Source: Clostridia bacterium
GTDB lineage: Bacteria > Bacillota > Clostridia > UMGS1883 > UMGS1540
Direction of reading: 5' to 3'
DNA length: 64,000 nt
Assembly (NCBI GenBank): GCA_017436645.1
Contig: JAFSCR010000012.1
Span: 1,123 to 65,122 of the forward strand
Shown: piece after piece, positions 17,991 to 27,920 of the stretch
How positions within the stretch are numbered: the first letter of the stretch is position 1
How the letters are laid out: every line of letters starts with the position of its first letter
Program-made: the position numbers and the translations under genes
The notes under the pieces: model-generated
The model's database searches: none
Told to the model about the DNA's origin: nothing
What the model saw: only the letters and a program-made list of their open reading frames with translations

Positions 17991-19481
17991 TTATTCTGTA
18001 AACAGTTTGTTTATTTCTGTAATGGTTTTGCGGGTAAGCAGGTTGCCGCCCTCATACCCTGTGTCACCGCTTGCAATATATGCGCTGAAGTGACCGTGTT
18101 CTTCCGCCTTTTTCGTGGCAAGATAGGCGTGGGAGCCACAAGCAAGCTGTACAATAAACGTCTGCCGTGCAAGGCTTCTTGCCTTCATTACGTTTGCATA
18201 ATCCTGATAAAGTTCATAAGGATTTGTGGCAAATGCCACGTCACCAAAACGGACGAAATGACACTCGATGGGCACAACCTCTTCCGTCTGCTGGCGGCGG
18301 AATCTGGCAATGGTGCCTGTGTGGATGTACGTTTTCGCATTATCCTCAAAATCAAAGTCCCTGTCCTTATTCTTTTCAACATACGCCTCGATTGCCCGCA
18401 CCGCTTCTTCGTAATCTCCAAGGGTAGCTTTCCGAAGGGGCATATCCATATGTGTTACCGTGTGCCTGAAAACCGCCTCGGATTTATATTCCGTAATTTC
18501 TTCAAAAACGGAAATGATTTCATTGGAAATACGTCTTCCCACTTTATTACAGCCGCTTATGTCAAACATAGAGGGGTCTGCTTTTCTTTCGATATAGTTG
18601 GGGCGGCTGACGTGGGGATCGCATATAGGCGTTTCGGGGTTTACCCACCTTACAAGGTCACGGGGGCACTGGTCACCTGCCGCGCCGCAAAGAGCGAGAA
18701 GGTGAATGTCCTGCCCGAATTTTTCACGAAGGTTTGCTTTTGCCCTTCCCCAGAAGTCTGCGGAAATAAAGCTTCTCTGCTCTAAGATTTGTGCAGGGCA
18801 GGCAATGTTTGCCACAATGCCCGTAAGCTTTTTATTTTTATCAAAGGTGTAGATAAGTTCTATGCCCGAATCGTTTCCGCCTTCAAGGGAAATAAAGTTT
18901 GCGCTGTTTGTATCGCCCCACATCTTAGCTGTGCCGTCATTATAGCACACTCTTCTGTTCATCCCCACGGGTGCTCTGCCGAATTCGTTTGCATAAAGGG
19001 CTTCGCTTCTTCCCTTCCACGCCCTATCTGCCGCAAGGGCAATTTTATCCGTTAAAAGTTCAAACCCTTCTTCAGGGGATAAAACCGTTTCGTCCGTTTG
19101 CACACGGGCAATGTATTTCCTGCCTTCCGGCAAAAATTCTTCTAAAATACGGGCAGTGGACGAAACAGCAAACTGTGCGCCTCTGTCCCCGATTTCAAGT
19201 GAGGTATGGGTGTGGGTGGCACAAATGATAATTTTCTCCGGGTCCACCTCTTCGTTCATTTCGGCAAACTTTTCTCTCGCCGCCAAAACCACCGAATCCT
19301 TCGCTTCCCCCGTATCGCAGGAAACGATAATCATTTCCTCTCCGTCCGCTTCTACCGCCATTGCCGTTACGGAAATTTCGGATTCCACAAATTCGGAAAT
19401 TCTTTCATAGAACTGCCCTGCAAGGCTTACTTTTTTTTCGGGCACAAGGCTCTCTTCTGCCCAGCCGATTAAAATGCTCAT
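17991..19481 (-). CDS. neutral/alkaline ceramidase-like metallohydrolase family protein, tandem paralog A
   Basis: ORF track 17991..19721; start reset to MSILIGWAEESL (GGAGG RBS) because the 80-codon N-terminal extension would overlap paralog B. ATHTHTS metal-binding-like motif. Confidence 0.55.
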   Translation of the reverse strand: MSILIGWAEESLVPEKKVSLAGQFYERISEFVESEISVTAMAVEADGEEMIIVSCDTGEAKDSVVLAAREKFAEMNEEVDPEKIIICATHTHTSLEIGDRGAQFAVSSTARILEEFLPEGRKYIARVQTDETVLSPEEGFELLTDKIALAADRAWKGRSEALYANEFGRAPVGMNRRVCYNDGTAKMWGDTNSANFISLEGGNDSGIELIYTFDKNKKLTGIVANIACPAQILEQRSFISADFWGRAKANLREKFGQDIHLLALCGAAGDQCPRDLVRWVNPETPICDPHVSRPNYIERKADPSMFDISGCNKVGRRISNEIISVFEEITEYKSEAVFRHTVTHMDMPLRKATLGDYEEAVRAIEAYVEKNKDRDFDFEDNAKTYIHTGTIARFRRQQTEEVVPIECHFVRFGDVAFATNPYELYQDYANVMKARSLARQTFIVQLACGSHAYLATKKAEEHGHFSAYIASGDTGYEGGNLLTRKTITEINKLFTE

Positions 19482-19539
19482 ATTTTCCTCCAAATAAGGT
19501 TTTAAAATATGCCGACGGAAATCCGTCGGCATATTCTTA

Positions 19540-21027
19540 TTATTCTGTAAACATCTTATTGATTTCTGTAATGGTTTCACGGGTGAGAAGGTCGCCGCCT
19601 TCGTGGCCGGTGTCACCGCTTGAGATGTAGGCACTGTAGTGGCCGCCCTTTTCTGCCTTTTCTGTGGGCAGGTAGCCGTGAGAACCGCAGGCAAGCTGCA
19701 CGATAAATGTCTGGCGTGCAAAGCTTCTTGCCTTCATAACGTTTGCAAAATCCTGGAAGAGTTCATAGGGGTTTGTTGCAAAGGCTACATCGCCGAAACG
19801 AACAACGTGGTACTCAATGGGTACAACTTCTTCCTTCTGCTGGCGGCGGAACCGGGCAATGGTGCCGGTATGTACGTGCATCTTCGCATTATCTTCGAAG
19901 TTAAAATCCTTGTCGCCATTCTTTGCAATATAATATTCCAGTTCACGTACAGCGTGGTCGTGCTCCGCAATGGTTGCCTTGCGAAGGGGTACTTCAAGGT
20001 CAATAACCTTGTGTTTAAAGACAGCTTCACTCTTATATTCCGTAATTTCTTCAAAAACAGAAATAATCTCGTTAGAAATACGCTTACCGACTTTATTGCA
20101 GCCGCTTACGTCATACATAGACGGGTCTGCTTTTCTTTCGATGTAGTTGGGGCGTTTTACGTTGGGGTCGTCAATAGGTGTTTCGGGGTTTACCCATCTT
20201 ACAAGGTCACGGGGGCACTGGTCACCGCCTGCGCCGCAAAGGCCGAGAAGGAAAATATCATCGCCGAATTTTGCTCTGAGGTTTGCCTTGGTTCTGCCCC
20301 AGAAGTCTGCAGAAATAAAGCTTCTCTGCTCTAAAATCTGTGCAGGGCAGGCAATGTTTGCAACAACACCCGTAAGCTTCTTATTGGTATCAAAAGTGTA
20401 AATAAGTTCAACGCCGGAGTCATTACCGCCTTCAAGGGAAATGAAGTTTGCGGTATTGGTATCACCCCACATCTGGGCGGAGCCGTCATCATAGCAAACA
20501 CGGCGGTTCATGCCGACTGCTACTCTGCCGAATTCGTTAGCATATAACGCTTCTTTTCTGTTTTTCCAAGCTTTGTCTGCCGCAAGGGCAATTTTATCTG
20601 TGATAAGTTCAAGGCCTTCTATGGGGGTGAGAACCGTTTCATCAGGTGTTACCAGTTCTTTGTATCCCTTGCCTTCCGGTAAAAACTCTTGTAAAATCTG
20701 TGCCGGCACGGAGAATTCGCGTGCAGTGCCGGTTCCCACTTTAATGGAAGTGTGGGTGTGGGTTGCACCAACGATAATTTTTCTCGGGTCAACTTCCGTG
20801 TTCAGCTTTGCAAACTTTTCACGGGCAATGCGCATAACGTGGTCACCAACGTTTACAACGTCGGCACTTGCCATAATCATGTAGTCGCCGTCTGCTTCCA
20901 CCGCCATTGCCGTTACGGAAATTTCGGATTCCACATACTCGGAAATTCTTTCAAAGAACTGACCTGCAAGGCTTACCTTTTTCTCGGGCACAAGGCTCTC
21001 TTCTGCCCAACCGATTAAAATACTCAT
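19540..21027 (-). CDS. neutral/alkaline ceramidase-like metallohydrolase family protein, tandem paralog B
   Basis: 495 aa, same start MSILIGWAEESLVPEKKVSLAGQF as paralog A; collinear, high identity throughout. Confidence 0.55.
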   Translation of the reverse strand: MSILIGWAEESLVPEKKVSLAGQFFERISEYVESEISVTAMAVEADGDYMIMASADVVNVGDHVMRIAREKFAKLNTEVDPRKIIVGATHTHTSIKVGTGTAREFSVPAQILQEFLPEGKGYKELVTPDETVLTPIEGLELITDKIALAADKAWKNRKEALYANEFGRVAVGMNRRVCYDDGSAQMWGDTNTANFISLEGGNDSGVELIYTFDTNKKLTGVVANIACPAQILEQRSFISADFWGRTKANLRAKFGDDIFLLGLCGAGGDQCPRDLVRWVNPETPIDDPNVKRPNYIERKADPSMYDVSGCNKVGKRISNEIISVFEEITEYKSEAVFKHKVIDLEVPLRKATIAEHDHAVRELEYYIAKNGDKDFNFEDNAKMHVHTGTIARFRRQQKEEVVPIEYHVVRFGDVAFATNPYELFQDFANVMKARSFARQTFIVQLACGSHGYLPTEKAEKGGHYSAYISSGDTGHEGGDLLTRETITEINKMFTE

Positions 21028-21042
21028 TTTTTCTTCCTCCTG

Positions 21043-22392
21043 TTATCTGATAATCTGAATGCCTAAAATATCGCAAAGGTTTTCAATAACCTCTGTGTTA
21101 TCGCCATAGGAAATAATGTAGTGCTGGCACATAACGTTTTCTGCAAAGGCTTCCACGTCGTCCAGAAGAATTTCAAGACCGGGCAGCTGGGGTGCAGGCT
21201 GTGTCCAGCCGGCTTCTTCCCATTTCCGGGGGCTGATGCCTTCGCCACGAACCATGTGCATATAGTACTGACCGTCGTCGAAAGTGAGGCGACACATAGT
21301 AAGGGGACCGGGTTTTACTTTACTTACGTTTAAGATACCTTCGGAAAGTTCACCGAATGCCGCAGGCATAACGGTAACGCCGCCATCGGTTACTTCTGCC
21401 GGTACATAGTCGGGAACACCTGCCAGCACTCTGTCTTCAAAGAATTCATAAAATTCAAGATAGAATGCACACTGACCGGTCAGATATTTTACCATAAGCT
21501 GGGTGATATTGCCGAGAGAGTCATTTTCAGGAATGGTGCAAAGGCCTTCTTCGTCAGAAAGAAGCATAAAGATAGGTGCCGGCGGGAAACCGAGAAGTTT
21601 TTTCATGCCATCAACGTCTTTTAAGGAAATGGCATCGTATCCTCTTTCACGGCAGATATCACGAACAGCAAGATAGTATCCTGCTGCTTTTTTCATGCTT
21701 TCCGGGTTTGCAGGCTTTAAGAAGTTCCATTTTGCCATGCACTTGTCAATGACGGCCTGTTTTTCTTCGTCTGTAATCTTCTGGTAGCGCTGCTCCATTT
21801 CCAGCATTTCAAAGGTTTCAATTTCGGGGCCGATTTCACGCTTTAAGGAGCCGCCGTCAAACTGGGTGCCGTAAAGATTCATATCACGGTAGCCTGCCAT
21901 GCCGCTTCTTGCGTGGCGGAGCTTTGCGGCCGCCGCTGCAGCTACGCAGTAGTTATATACCTTCTTCGTCTTGGACGGAAGACCGATAATATCATATATG
22001 TACTTAAAGTCGTACCCGAGGTCATAGAAGGTCTTTCGGATTGCGGTGGTGCCTGCCTGATCAGCTGTTGTGACGATTCTGCCGTCTTCCATCCAGCCGC
22101 AAAGGCCCCAGAGGACCATAGGCTTATTTCTGAAATGCTCCGTCACCTTTACAACCGCATGGGTGGGAATCCAGCCTGCGATGCAGACAACCAGCACGTC
22201 AAAGTCATCCTTTTTAAGGGCTTCCACTGCTTTTTTAATGTCCTTTTCTTCGTAATCGTCGGTTACGGGGTAAACGCTGACAAGGTCAAGGCCTTCCTTC
22301 CCCAGAGCTTCCGCCGCATCGGTACATTTTTTGAGAATGATTTCTGCCGGGGTGTTTACTTCGCCGAAACCTACAAAACCTGCTTTAATCAT
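21043..22392 (-). CDS. L-fucose/L-arabinose isomerase family protein (COG2407-like sugar isomerase)
   Basis: 449 aa; N-terminal Rossmann-like MIKAGFVGFG and general isomerase family architecture; tight coupling with the FGGY kinase upstream (3-nt gap). Confidence 0.45.
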   Translation of the reverse strand: MIKAGFVGFGEVNTPAEIILKKCTDAAEALGKEGLDLVSVYPVTDDYEEKDIKKAVEALKKDDFDVLVVCIAGWIPTHAVVKVTEHFRNKPMVLWGLCGWMEDGRIVTTADQAGTTAIRKTFYDLGYDFKYIYDIIGLPSKTKKVYNYCVAAAAAAKLRHARSGMAGYRDMNLYGTQFDGGSLKREIGPEIETFEMLEMEQRYQKITDEEKQAVIDKCMAKWNFLKPANPESMKKAAGYYLAVRDICRERGYDAISLKDVDGMKKLLGFPPAPIFMLLSDEEGLCTIPENDSLGNITQLMVKYLTGQCAFYLEFYEFFEDRVLAGVPDYVPAEVTDGGVTVMPAAFGELSEGILNVSKVKPGPLTMCRLTFDDGQYYMHMVRGEGISPRKWEEAGWTQPAPQLPGLEILLDDVEAFAENVMCQHYIISYGDNTEVIENLCDILGIQIIR

Positions 22393-22394
22393 TT

Positions 22395-23804
22395 TTATTC
22401 TCCTTCCCTTCTGTTTAAAATGTTATCATATTTTACAAAATTTTCATACGTTTTCGTGTAATCAGCACCGCTGGGGGCATACTCTTTATCCGTTTCAATC
22501 ATGCTGCACGCACTTTCCACAGATTCGAAAATCCCTGCGCCAACACCGGCGAGTATTGCCGCACCAAGGCACGCTGTTTCTTTATTTTTAAGGGTGGTGA
22601 GCTTTTTGCCCGTAATATCCGCCTTCATACTGCACCAAAGGGGGCTTTTTGCGCCGCCGCCCATAATGCGAATTTCGTCCACCTCTTCCCCGAGGTAATC
22701 GAGGTTACTTTTTAAGGTACAGGCAATGGATTCCATAATGGCACGGACAAAGTGACCACGGGTGTGTTCGGGGGTAAGGCCCGTAAAGCTTCCTCTTGCA
22801 TCCGGATTATACTTCGGCATTGTGGAGCCGCAAAGGTAGGGGAGAAATGTCAGGCCGTCACTTCCCACGGGCACCTTTTCCGCAAGGACATCTAACTCCT
22901 TAAAGGAAACGTCACTTAAAAATGCATCCCTAAACCACTTCAGCGCCATACCTGCCGTGGCACTCCAGGAAAGGAGGCAGTAACTGCCGTCAAAGCTGTA
23001 GTGGCAGGGCACGAAGCTGTCTTCTTTGAATGCGGGCACCGTATCCGTCGGAACATAAATGGCCATGGTGGTCCCCGTCATAACGCTGATGACGCCTTTT
23101 TTAATAACGCCTGCACCGATTGCACCTGCAACCTGGTCCATGGCAGAGGTTACAACTTTTATGCCTTCATATTCCCCCACATATTCGCCGCTATCTAAAA
23201 GCGCAGGGAGCTGCGAAGTGGAAACGCCGAGAAATTCCAGCATTTCATCCCACCAAAGGGACTTTTTAATGTCAAAATAAAGGGTGGAGGACTGGAGGGT
23301 TTTTTCTGTTACGAATTTGCCTGTCAGTTTATAAAGAAGGTAATCCTCCAGCATAAAAATCTTCTTCGTTTTTGCCCACACCTCGGGTTCATTGTTTTTA
23401 ACCCAAAGGAGCTTGCAGGCAGGCCATGTGGCGGTAATTTCCGGCTGACCCGTAATTTCAAACACCTTTTTGCGGCCAAATTTTTCATTGATAATTTCTG
23501 CCTCTTTTGTGGCACGGTTATCAAGCCAGACAATGGCATCACGGACAGGGACCCCGTCCTCATCCGTTAAAATCAGTGTTTCGCACTGGGTGTCAATAGC
23601 GAGGCAGTCCACCCCACTCGTTTTCCGGATGTTGGCAAGGGCATTTTTAAGAAGGGACCAGTATTTTTCCGGTTCCAGTTCTACAATATTCCCTGCCGCT
23701 TTGACGGTGTAATCCTCGGTGCTGGAAGCAATTTCCCGAAGACGGTCGTCAAAGAGCACCGCTTTTACCGATGTTGTGCCAAAGTCAATTCCTAAACATT
23801 TCAT
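22395..23804 (-). CDS. FGGY-family carbohydrate kinase (xylulokinase/L-fuculokinase-like)
   Basis: MKCLGIDFGTTSVKAVLFD N-terminal actin-fold motif, 469 aa, C-terminal GGGAKS motif. Confidence 0.75.
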   Translation of the reverse strand: MKCLGIDFGTTSVKAVLFDDRLREIASSTEDYTVKAAGNIVELEPEKYWSLLKNALANIRKTSGVDCLAIDTQCETLILTDEDGVPVRDAIVWLDNRATKEAEIINEKFGRKKVFEITGQPEITATWPACKLLWVKNNEPEVWAKTKKIFMLEDYLLYKLTGKFVTEKTLQSSTLYFDIKKSLWWDEMLEFLGVSTSQLPALLDSGEYVGEYEGIKVVTSAMDQVAGAIGAGVIKKGVISVMTGTTMAIYVPTDTVPAFKEDSFVPCHYSFDGSYCLLSWSATAGMALKWFRDAFLSDVSFKELDVLAEKVPVGSDGLTFLPYLCGSTMPKYNPDARGSFTGLTPEHTRGHFVRAIMESIACTLKSNLDYLGEEVDEIRIMGGGAKSPLWCSMKADITGKKLTTLKNKETACLGAAILAGVGAGIFESVESACSMIETDKEYAPSGADYTKTYENFVKYDNILNRREGE

Positions 23805-23936
23805 ATTAAATCACCATTCTTTACGCCTTTATATTTTTTTATTATATCATACGCCCCTTGTGGAAGTCAACAATCTATTTGTGTTTTTGTTACGAATTAA
23901 TTTCGATTTTTCGCTCAATACGACAGCTTTTTGCAC

Positions 23937-23965
23937 TTGACAGCAATGCGATGCGGCGATATAAT
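23937..23965 (+). promoter_or_regulatory. sigma-70 consensus promoter TTGACA-17-TATAAT for trmO
   Basis: perfect -35 and -10 hexamers, 17-nt spacer, ~25 nt upstream of the RBS. Confidence 0.55.
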
Positions 23966-23994
23966 GAAAAAAAGTCGAAAAAGGAGCGTCCCAC

Positions 23995-24687
23995 ATGCTT
24001 TTCGTAAAACCCATCGCCCATATCGAAACGGATTTTAAAGAAAAATTCGGCATTCCCCGTCAGGCAGGACGGGTACCGTCCCTTTCGGGGCGCATCGTAT
24101 TTGAAAAAGAATACCAAAATCCGGATGCCCTTCGGGGTATCGAGGAATTTTCCCATCTCTGGCTTCTTTTCGATTTTTCTGCATCCCACAGAGAAGAATG
24201 GTCCCCCACCGTGCGGCCGCCCCGCCTTGGCGGAAATAAAAGAGTCGGCGTTTTTGCCTCTCGTTCCCCCTTTCGCCCAAATCCCATTGGTCTTTCCTCG
24301 GTGCGCCTCCTTTCGGTGGAAAAAACAGAAAATGAAGGCACGGTTCTCCATGTGGGCGGCGTGGACTTACTCGATGGCACCCCCATTTTGGATATAAAAC
24401 CCTATCTTCCCTTTGCCGATTCCCATCCCGATGCATGCGGCAGCTTTGCGGATGAGGCCGTGGATTATCACCTCAAAGTAGATTTTCCGCCCCACCTTCT
24501 CGAGGAAATTGACCCCGAAAAAAGAGAAGCGGTCACAGCGTGCCTCCGGGATGACCCTCGGCCTTCCTATCAGGATGACCCAACACGGGAATACGCCATG
24601 GCATTTTCCTCGTGGGACATTCACTTCACCGTAACGAATCAAACGGTGCACGTTTTTAAAGTAACCAAAAAGGACTGTTCAAATTGA
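23995..24687 (+). CDS. trmO: tRNA (adenine37-N6)-methyltransferase TrmO (YaeB/TsaA family)
   Basis: 230 aa; YaeB-like motifs FGIPRQ, SHLWLLF, RPNPIGLS. Confidence 0.8.
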   Translation: MLFVKPIAHIETDFKEKFGIPRQAGRVPSLSGRIVFEKEYQNPDALRGIEEFSHLWLLFDFSASHREEWSPTVRPPRLGGNKRVGVFASRSPFRPNPIGLSSVRLLSVEKTENEGTVLHVGGVDLLDGTPILDIKPYLPFADSHPDACGSFADEAVDYHLKVDFPPHLLEEIDPEKREAVTACLRDDPRPSYQDDPTREYAMAFSSWDIHFTVTNQTVHVFKVTKKDCSN

Positions 24688-24701
24688 ACAGTCCCTTTTT
24701 C
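24670..24701. terminator. bidirectional terminator hairpin GGACTGTTCAAATTGAACAGTCC + T-run
   Basis: perfect palindrome between convergent trmO and ddh. Confidence 0.6.
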
Positions 24702-25679
24702 TTATAACAGCGTAGCTCTTAAGGTTTCCACATTTTCAGGCGATAAATATTTGGGCGCAATGTCAAGAACCGTCATACATCCCGATTTGCCTTCTTTCTG
24801 GAGGCGATAAGCCGCTCTTGCATAAGCGCAGAGAACGGAAGATGTAAAGGCAGGATTAGAGTCCAGCTTTAACGCATATTCCACGGTATGCTTTGACCCG
24901 TCCCCCGTTTTTCCCGCGCGAATAACCATACCGCCGTGGGGAAGGCCGCTGTGGTTTGCACGGAGCTCTTCCATGGATATAAAGTGAACGGTTGTATCAT
25001 AATCGGAAAAATAGTTGGGCATTTCCTTGATTTCTTTTTCGATTCGTGCTGTATCTGCCCCTTCTTCTGCCACCACGAAGCATTCTCTCGTGTGCTTTTC
25101 TCTTGTGGTAAGGACAGGGTTTTCGCCGCTGCGGACTGCGGAGAGCGCCTTCTCTACGGGCACCGTGTACTGTCTTGCATCGACAACGCCTTCAATTCTG
25201 CGGATAGCATCGGAATGGCCCTGACTTACGCCCTTGCCCCAGAAGGTGTAGCTCTCCCCTTCCGGCAGCACTGCACCGCCATAAAGGCGCATGAGAGAAA
25301 AGAGGCCCGGGTCCCAACCCACGGAAATAACGCCCACCTTGCCGCCTTTTTTCGCCTTTTCATCAACGGCAGTAAAGTGAGAGGGGATTTTTGCATGGGT
25401 ATCAAAACTATCAATAACGTTAAAATGTTCGGCTAAAAGGGGCGTCTGCACCGGCAAATCCGTTGCACTGCCGCCGCAAAGAATCATAACATCAATTTTA
25501 TCCTGCATGGAAATGGCATCCTCTGCACGATATACAGGGGCCTTGGCGGAAACCGTTTTAGGGTCACGCCTTGTGAAAACACCTACAAGCTCCATGTCAG
25601 GGTTCTGGCCGATGGCGCTTTCCACACCACGGCCCAAGTTTCCATAGCCGTAAATACCGATTCTGATCATTCTAATCAA
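24702..25679 (-). CDS. ddh: meso-diaminopimelate D-dehydrogenase
   Basis: IRIGIYGYGNLGRGVE N-terminal NADP-binding motif and overall Ddh length/architecture. Confidence 0.75.
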   Translation of the reverse strand: MIRMIRIGIYGYGNLGRGVESAIGQNPDMELVGVFTRRDPKTVSAKAPVYRAEDAISMQDKIDVMILCGGSATDLPVQTPLLAEHFNVIDSFDTHAKIPSHFTAVDEKAKKGGKVGVISVGWDPGLFSLMRLYGGAVLPEGESYTFWGKGVSQGHSDAIRRIEGVVDARQYTVPVEKALSAVRSGENPVLTTREKHTRECFVVAEEGADTARIEKEIKEMPNYFSDYDTTVHFISMEELRANHSGLPHGGMVIRAGKTGDGSKHTVEYALKLDSNPAFTSSVLCAYARAAYRLQKEGKSGCMTVLDIAPKYLSPENVETLRATLL

Positions 25680-26560
25680 TCCTTTCTATAGGTAAAAATG
25701 GGAAGCTGTGATAATATAATGGCACCAAACGTCAGCCCACAGCCGAAAAGCTCACGGGCGGAAAAACCTTCATGCATGAGTAGCCAACCGCCAAGGAGCG
25801 CAAACACGGATTCCAGGCTGCATATCAGCGCCGCACTCGTCGGGTCCGTATCCTTTTGTGCCACAATCTGGAGTGTATAGGCAACGCCGCTTGACAAAAT
25901 GCCCGTGTATAAAATGGGCACGGCAGCATCCATTACGCTGATAAGCTTTACATCCTCTACGAAAAACGCCGTAATGAGGGATAAAACGCCTGTTACAAAA
26001 AACTGCAGGCACGCCATATGCACACAGTTCACGCTCGGTGCAAAGTGGTCAATCACAATAATATGAACGGCAAACACCGCCGCACAGCCTAAAAGGAGAA
26101 GGTCGCTTTTTGCCACAGAAAAAGTTGCTCCGTCCATGCAAAGAAGGTACATGCCGAATATGGCAATGCCAACGCTCAGCCACGTTATAAAGGACGCCTT
26201 CTTGCCGAGAAACAGGCGGAAAACAGGCACCAGCACCACATAAAGTGCTGTTATAAACCCTGCCTTCCCTGCACCCGAATCCATGATTCCGACCTGCTGG
26301 AGGCTGGATGCAATAAAAAGAGCGAGGCCACAGGCAAGTCCGCCTAAAAGGGGCCATTTTTTCTCTTTTTCATCCGTTTTATTCTTATCCAAAACAGCAA
26401 TCACAGGGAGAAGCACCGCAGCGCCCAGAAGACTTCTTACGCCGTTAAAAAGGAAGGGACCGCAGTTTTCCATGCCTCGGCTTTGTGCCACAAAAGCCAT
26501 ACCCCAGATAAACGCCGTAAGCATCAGAAGAAAATTGGCTCTGAGCTTTTTACCGTGCAT
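25676..26560 (-). CDS. DMT-superfamily (EamA) transporter
   Basis: 294 aa, 10 TM, two EamA repeats; overlaps the ddh start by 4 nt. Confidence 0.7.
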   Translation of the reverse strand: MHGKKLRANFLLMLTAFIWGMAFVAQSRGMENCGPFLFNGVRSLLGAAVLLPVIAVLDKNKTDEKEKKWPLLGGLACGLALFIASSLQQVGIMDSGAGKAGFITALYVVLVPVFRLFLGKKASFITWLSVGIAIFGMYLLCMDGATFSVAKSDLLLLGCAAVFAVHIIVIDHFAPSVNCVHMACLQFFVTGVLSLITAFFVEDVKLISVMDAAVPILYTGILSSGVAYTLQIVAQKDTDPTSAALICSLESVFALLGGWLLMHEGFSARELFGCGLTFGAIILSQLPIFTYRKD

Positions 26561-27737
26561 ACGAGTCCATCACTTCCTTAATAATATCCATCGCTTCATC
26601 CAGAAGTGCTTCCGTATGGGTTGCCATAAGACTCGTGCGGAGCAGACATTCTCCCGGCGGCGTTGCCGGCGGCAGAACGGGATTTACGAATACGCCTTTT
26701 TCATAAAGCATTTTATTTATAATAAGCGTATCTTCCATTTCATATGTATAAATCGGAACAATGGGCGTTTCCGCTTCTTTAATTTTTATGCCGCGCTTTT
26801 TAAGTCCTTCCCGCATATAGGCACCTAAATCCCGCAGGCGCTCTACTCTTTCCGGCTCTCTTTCAATCACGGAAAGTGCTGCTGCAGCCGCCGCACACTG
26901 TGCAGGCGGAATGGATGCGCTGAAAATAAAGGGACGGGAATTGTGACGGGTAAAGTCAATAATCTTCTCGCTTGCCACCATATACCCACCAAGGCTTGCA
27001 AGAGATTTGGAGAAGGTACCCATAATGACGTCCACTTCGTCCGTAAGGCCGAAATGGTCTGCCGTTCCTCTGCCGCCACGGCCCAGTACGCCAAAGCCAT
27101 GCGCATCGTCCACCATCGTGGCCGCATCATATTTTTTCGCAAGGCGTACAATTTCGGGAAGGTTGCAGATTTCACCGCTCATACTGAAAACGCCATCGGT
27201 TACAATGAGTTTCCCTGCCCCTTCGGGGATTTCCTTCAGATGTTTTTCAAGGTCCTCCATATCGTTATGCTTATAGCGTACGAGGGTTGCAAAGCTGAGT
27301 CTGCAGGCATCATAAATGCTTGCATGGTTTTCTCTGTCACAAAGAATATAGTCATTTCTGCCGGTAATGGCACTGATAATGCCGAGGTTGGACTGAAAGC
27401 CCGTTGAAAACGTCATACAGGCTTCCTTGCCGATATATTTTGCAAGGGCTTCCTCCAGCTCAAGATGCATCTTTAAGGTCCCGTTTAAAAATCGGGAACC
27501 TGAGCAGCCCGTGCCGTATTCTTTGGCAGCACCCACGGCCGCTTCCTGCACCTCGGGATGAACTGTGAGGCCGAGATAGTTATTGGAGCCAAGCATGATT
27601 CTCCGCTTGCCTTCCATGATAACTTCCGTATCCTGTCTGGATTCAAGATAATGAAAATAGGGGTAAATGCCTTTAGCACGGAAATCCCGTGCCAGGGTAA
27701 ATGCTTCGCATTTATCGAATAACGACATATAAATCAC
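26550..27737 (-). CDS. PLP-dependent alpha-oxoamine synthase (BioF/Kbl/serine palmitoyltransferase family)
   Basis: 395 aa; PLP-lysine motif GTFSKSLASLGGY, HASI, DDAHG; first gene of the AOS-EamA-ddh operon. Confidence 0.75.
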   Translation of the reverse strand: MIYMSLFDKCEAFTLARDFRAKGIYPYFHYLESRQDTEVIMEGKRRIMLGSNNYLGLTVHPEVQEAAVGAAKEYGTGCSGSRFLNGTLKMHLELEEALAKYIGKEACMTFSTGFQSNLGIISAITGRNDYILCDRENHASIYDACRLSFATLVRYKHNDMEDLEKHLKEIPEGAGKLIVTDGVFSMSGEICNLPEIVRLAKKYDAATMVDDAHGFGVLGRGGRGTADHFGLTDEVDVIMGTFSKSLASLGGYMVASEKIIDFTRHNSRPFIFSASIPPAQCAAAAAALSVIEREPERVERLRDLGAYMREGLKKRGIKIKEAETPIVPIYTYEMEDTLIINKMLYEKGVFVNPVLPPATPPGECLLRTSLMATHTEALLDEAMDIIKEVMDSYAR

Positions 27738-27920
27738 TCCTTAACGCCTTATTATACCATTTTTATGCACGTTTCGTCAAATATATTTCAAAAAATGTAT
27801 AAAATATACCCATTTTCTCGTTTCCGTCAAAATCGGGGGCCGAATCTGCCCATGTAACTGCAAGAAAAAACACTTCTCGCCTGCCGCAAAAATTTTTTCA
27901 AAAAATTTCAAAAAAAAATC

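Noticed and set aside
19482-19721. 80-codon N-terminal extension of ORF 17991..19721
   Set aside because: Would overlap paralog B by about 180 nt. The internal Met has an RBS and reproduces the paralog B N-terminus exactly.
18090-20334. Paired 231-aa plus-strand ORFs (18090..18785 and 19639..20334) antisense to the tandem ceramidase-like paralogs
   Set aside because: They mirror each other only because the sense genes are duplicated; antisense shadow frames.
23890-24436. Cluster of minus-strand ORFs (153, 133, 108 aa) overlapping trmO
   Set aside because: All lie antisense within the well-supported trmO frame; Arg/Gly/Pro-rich shadow products.
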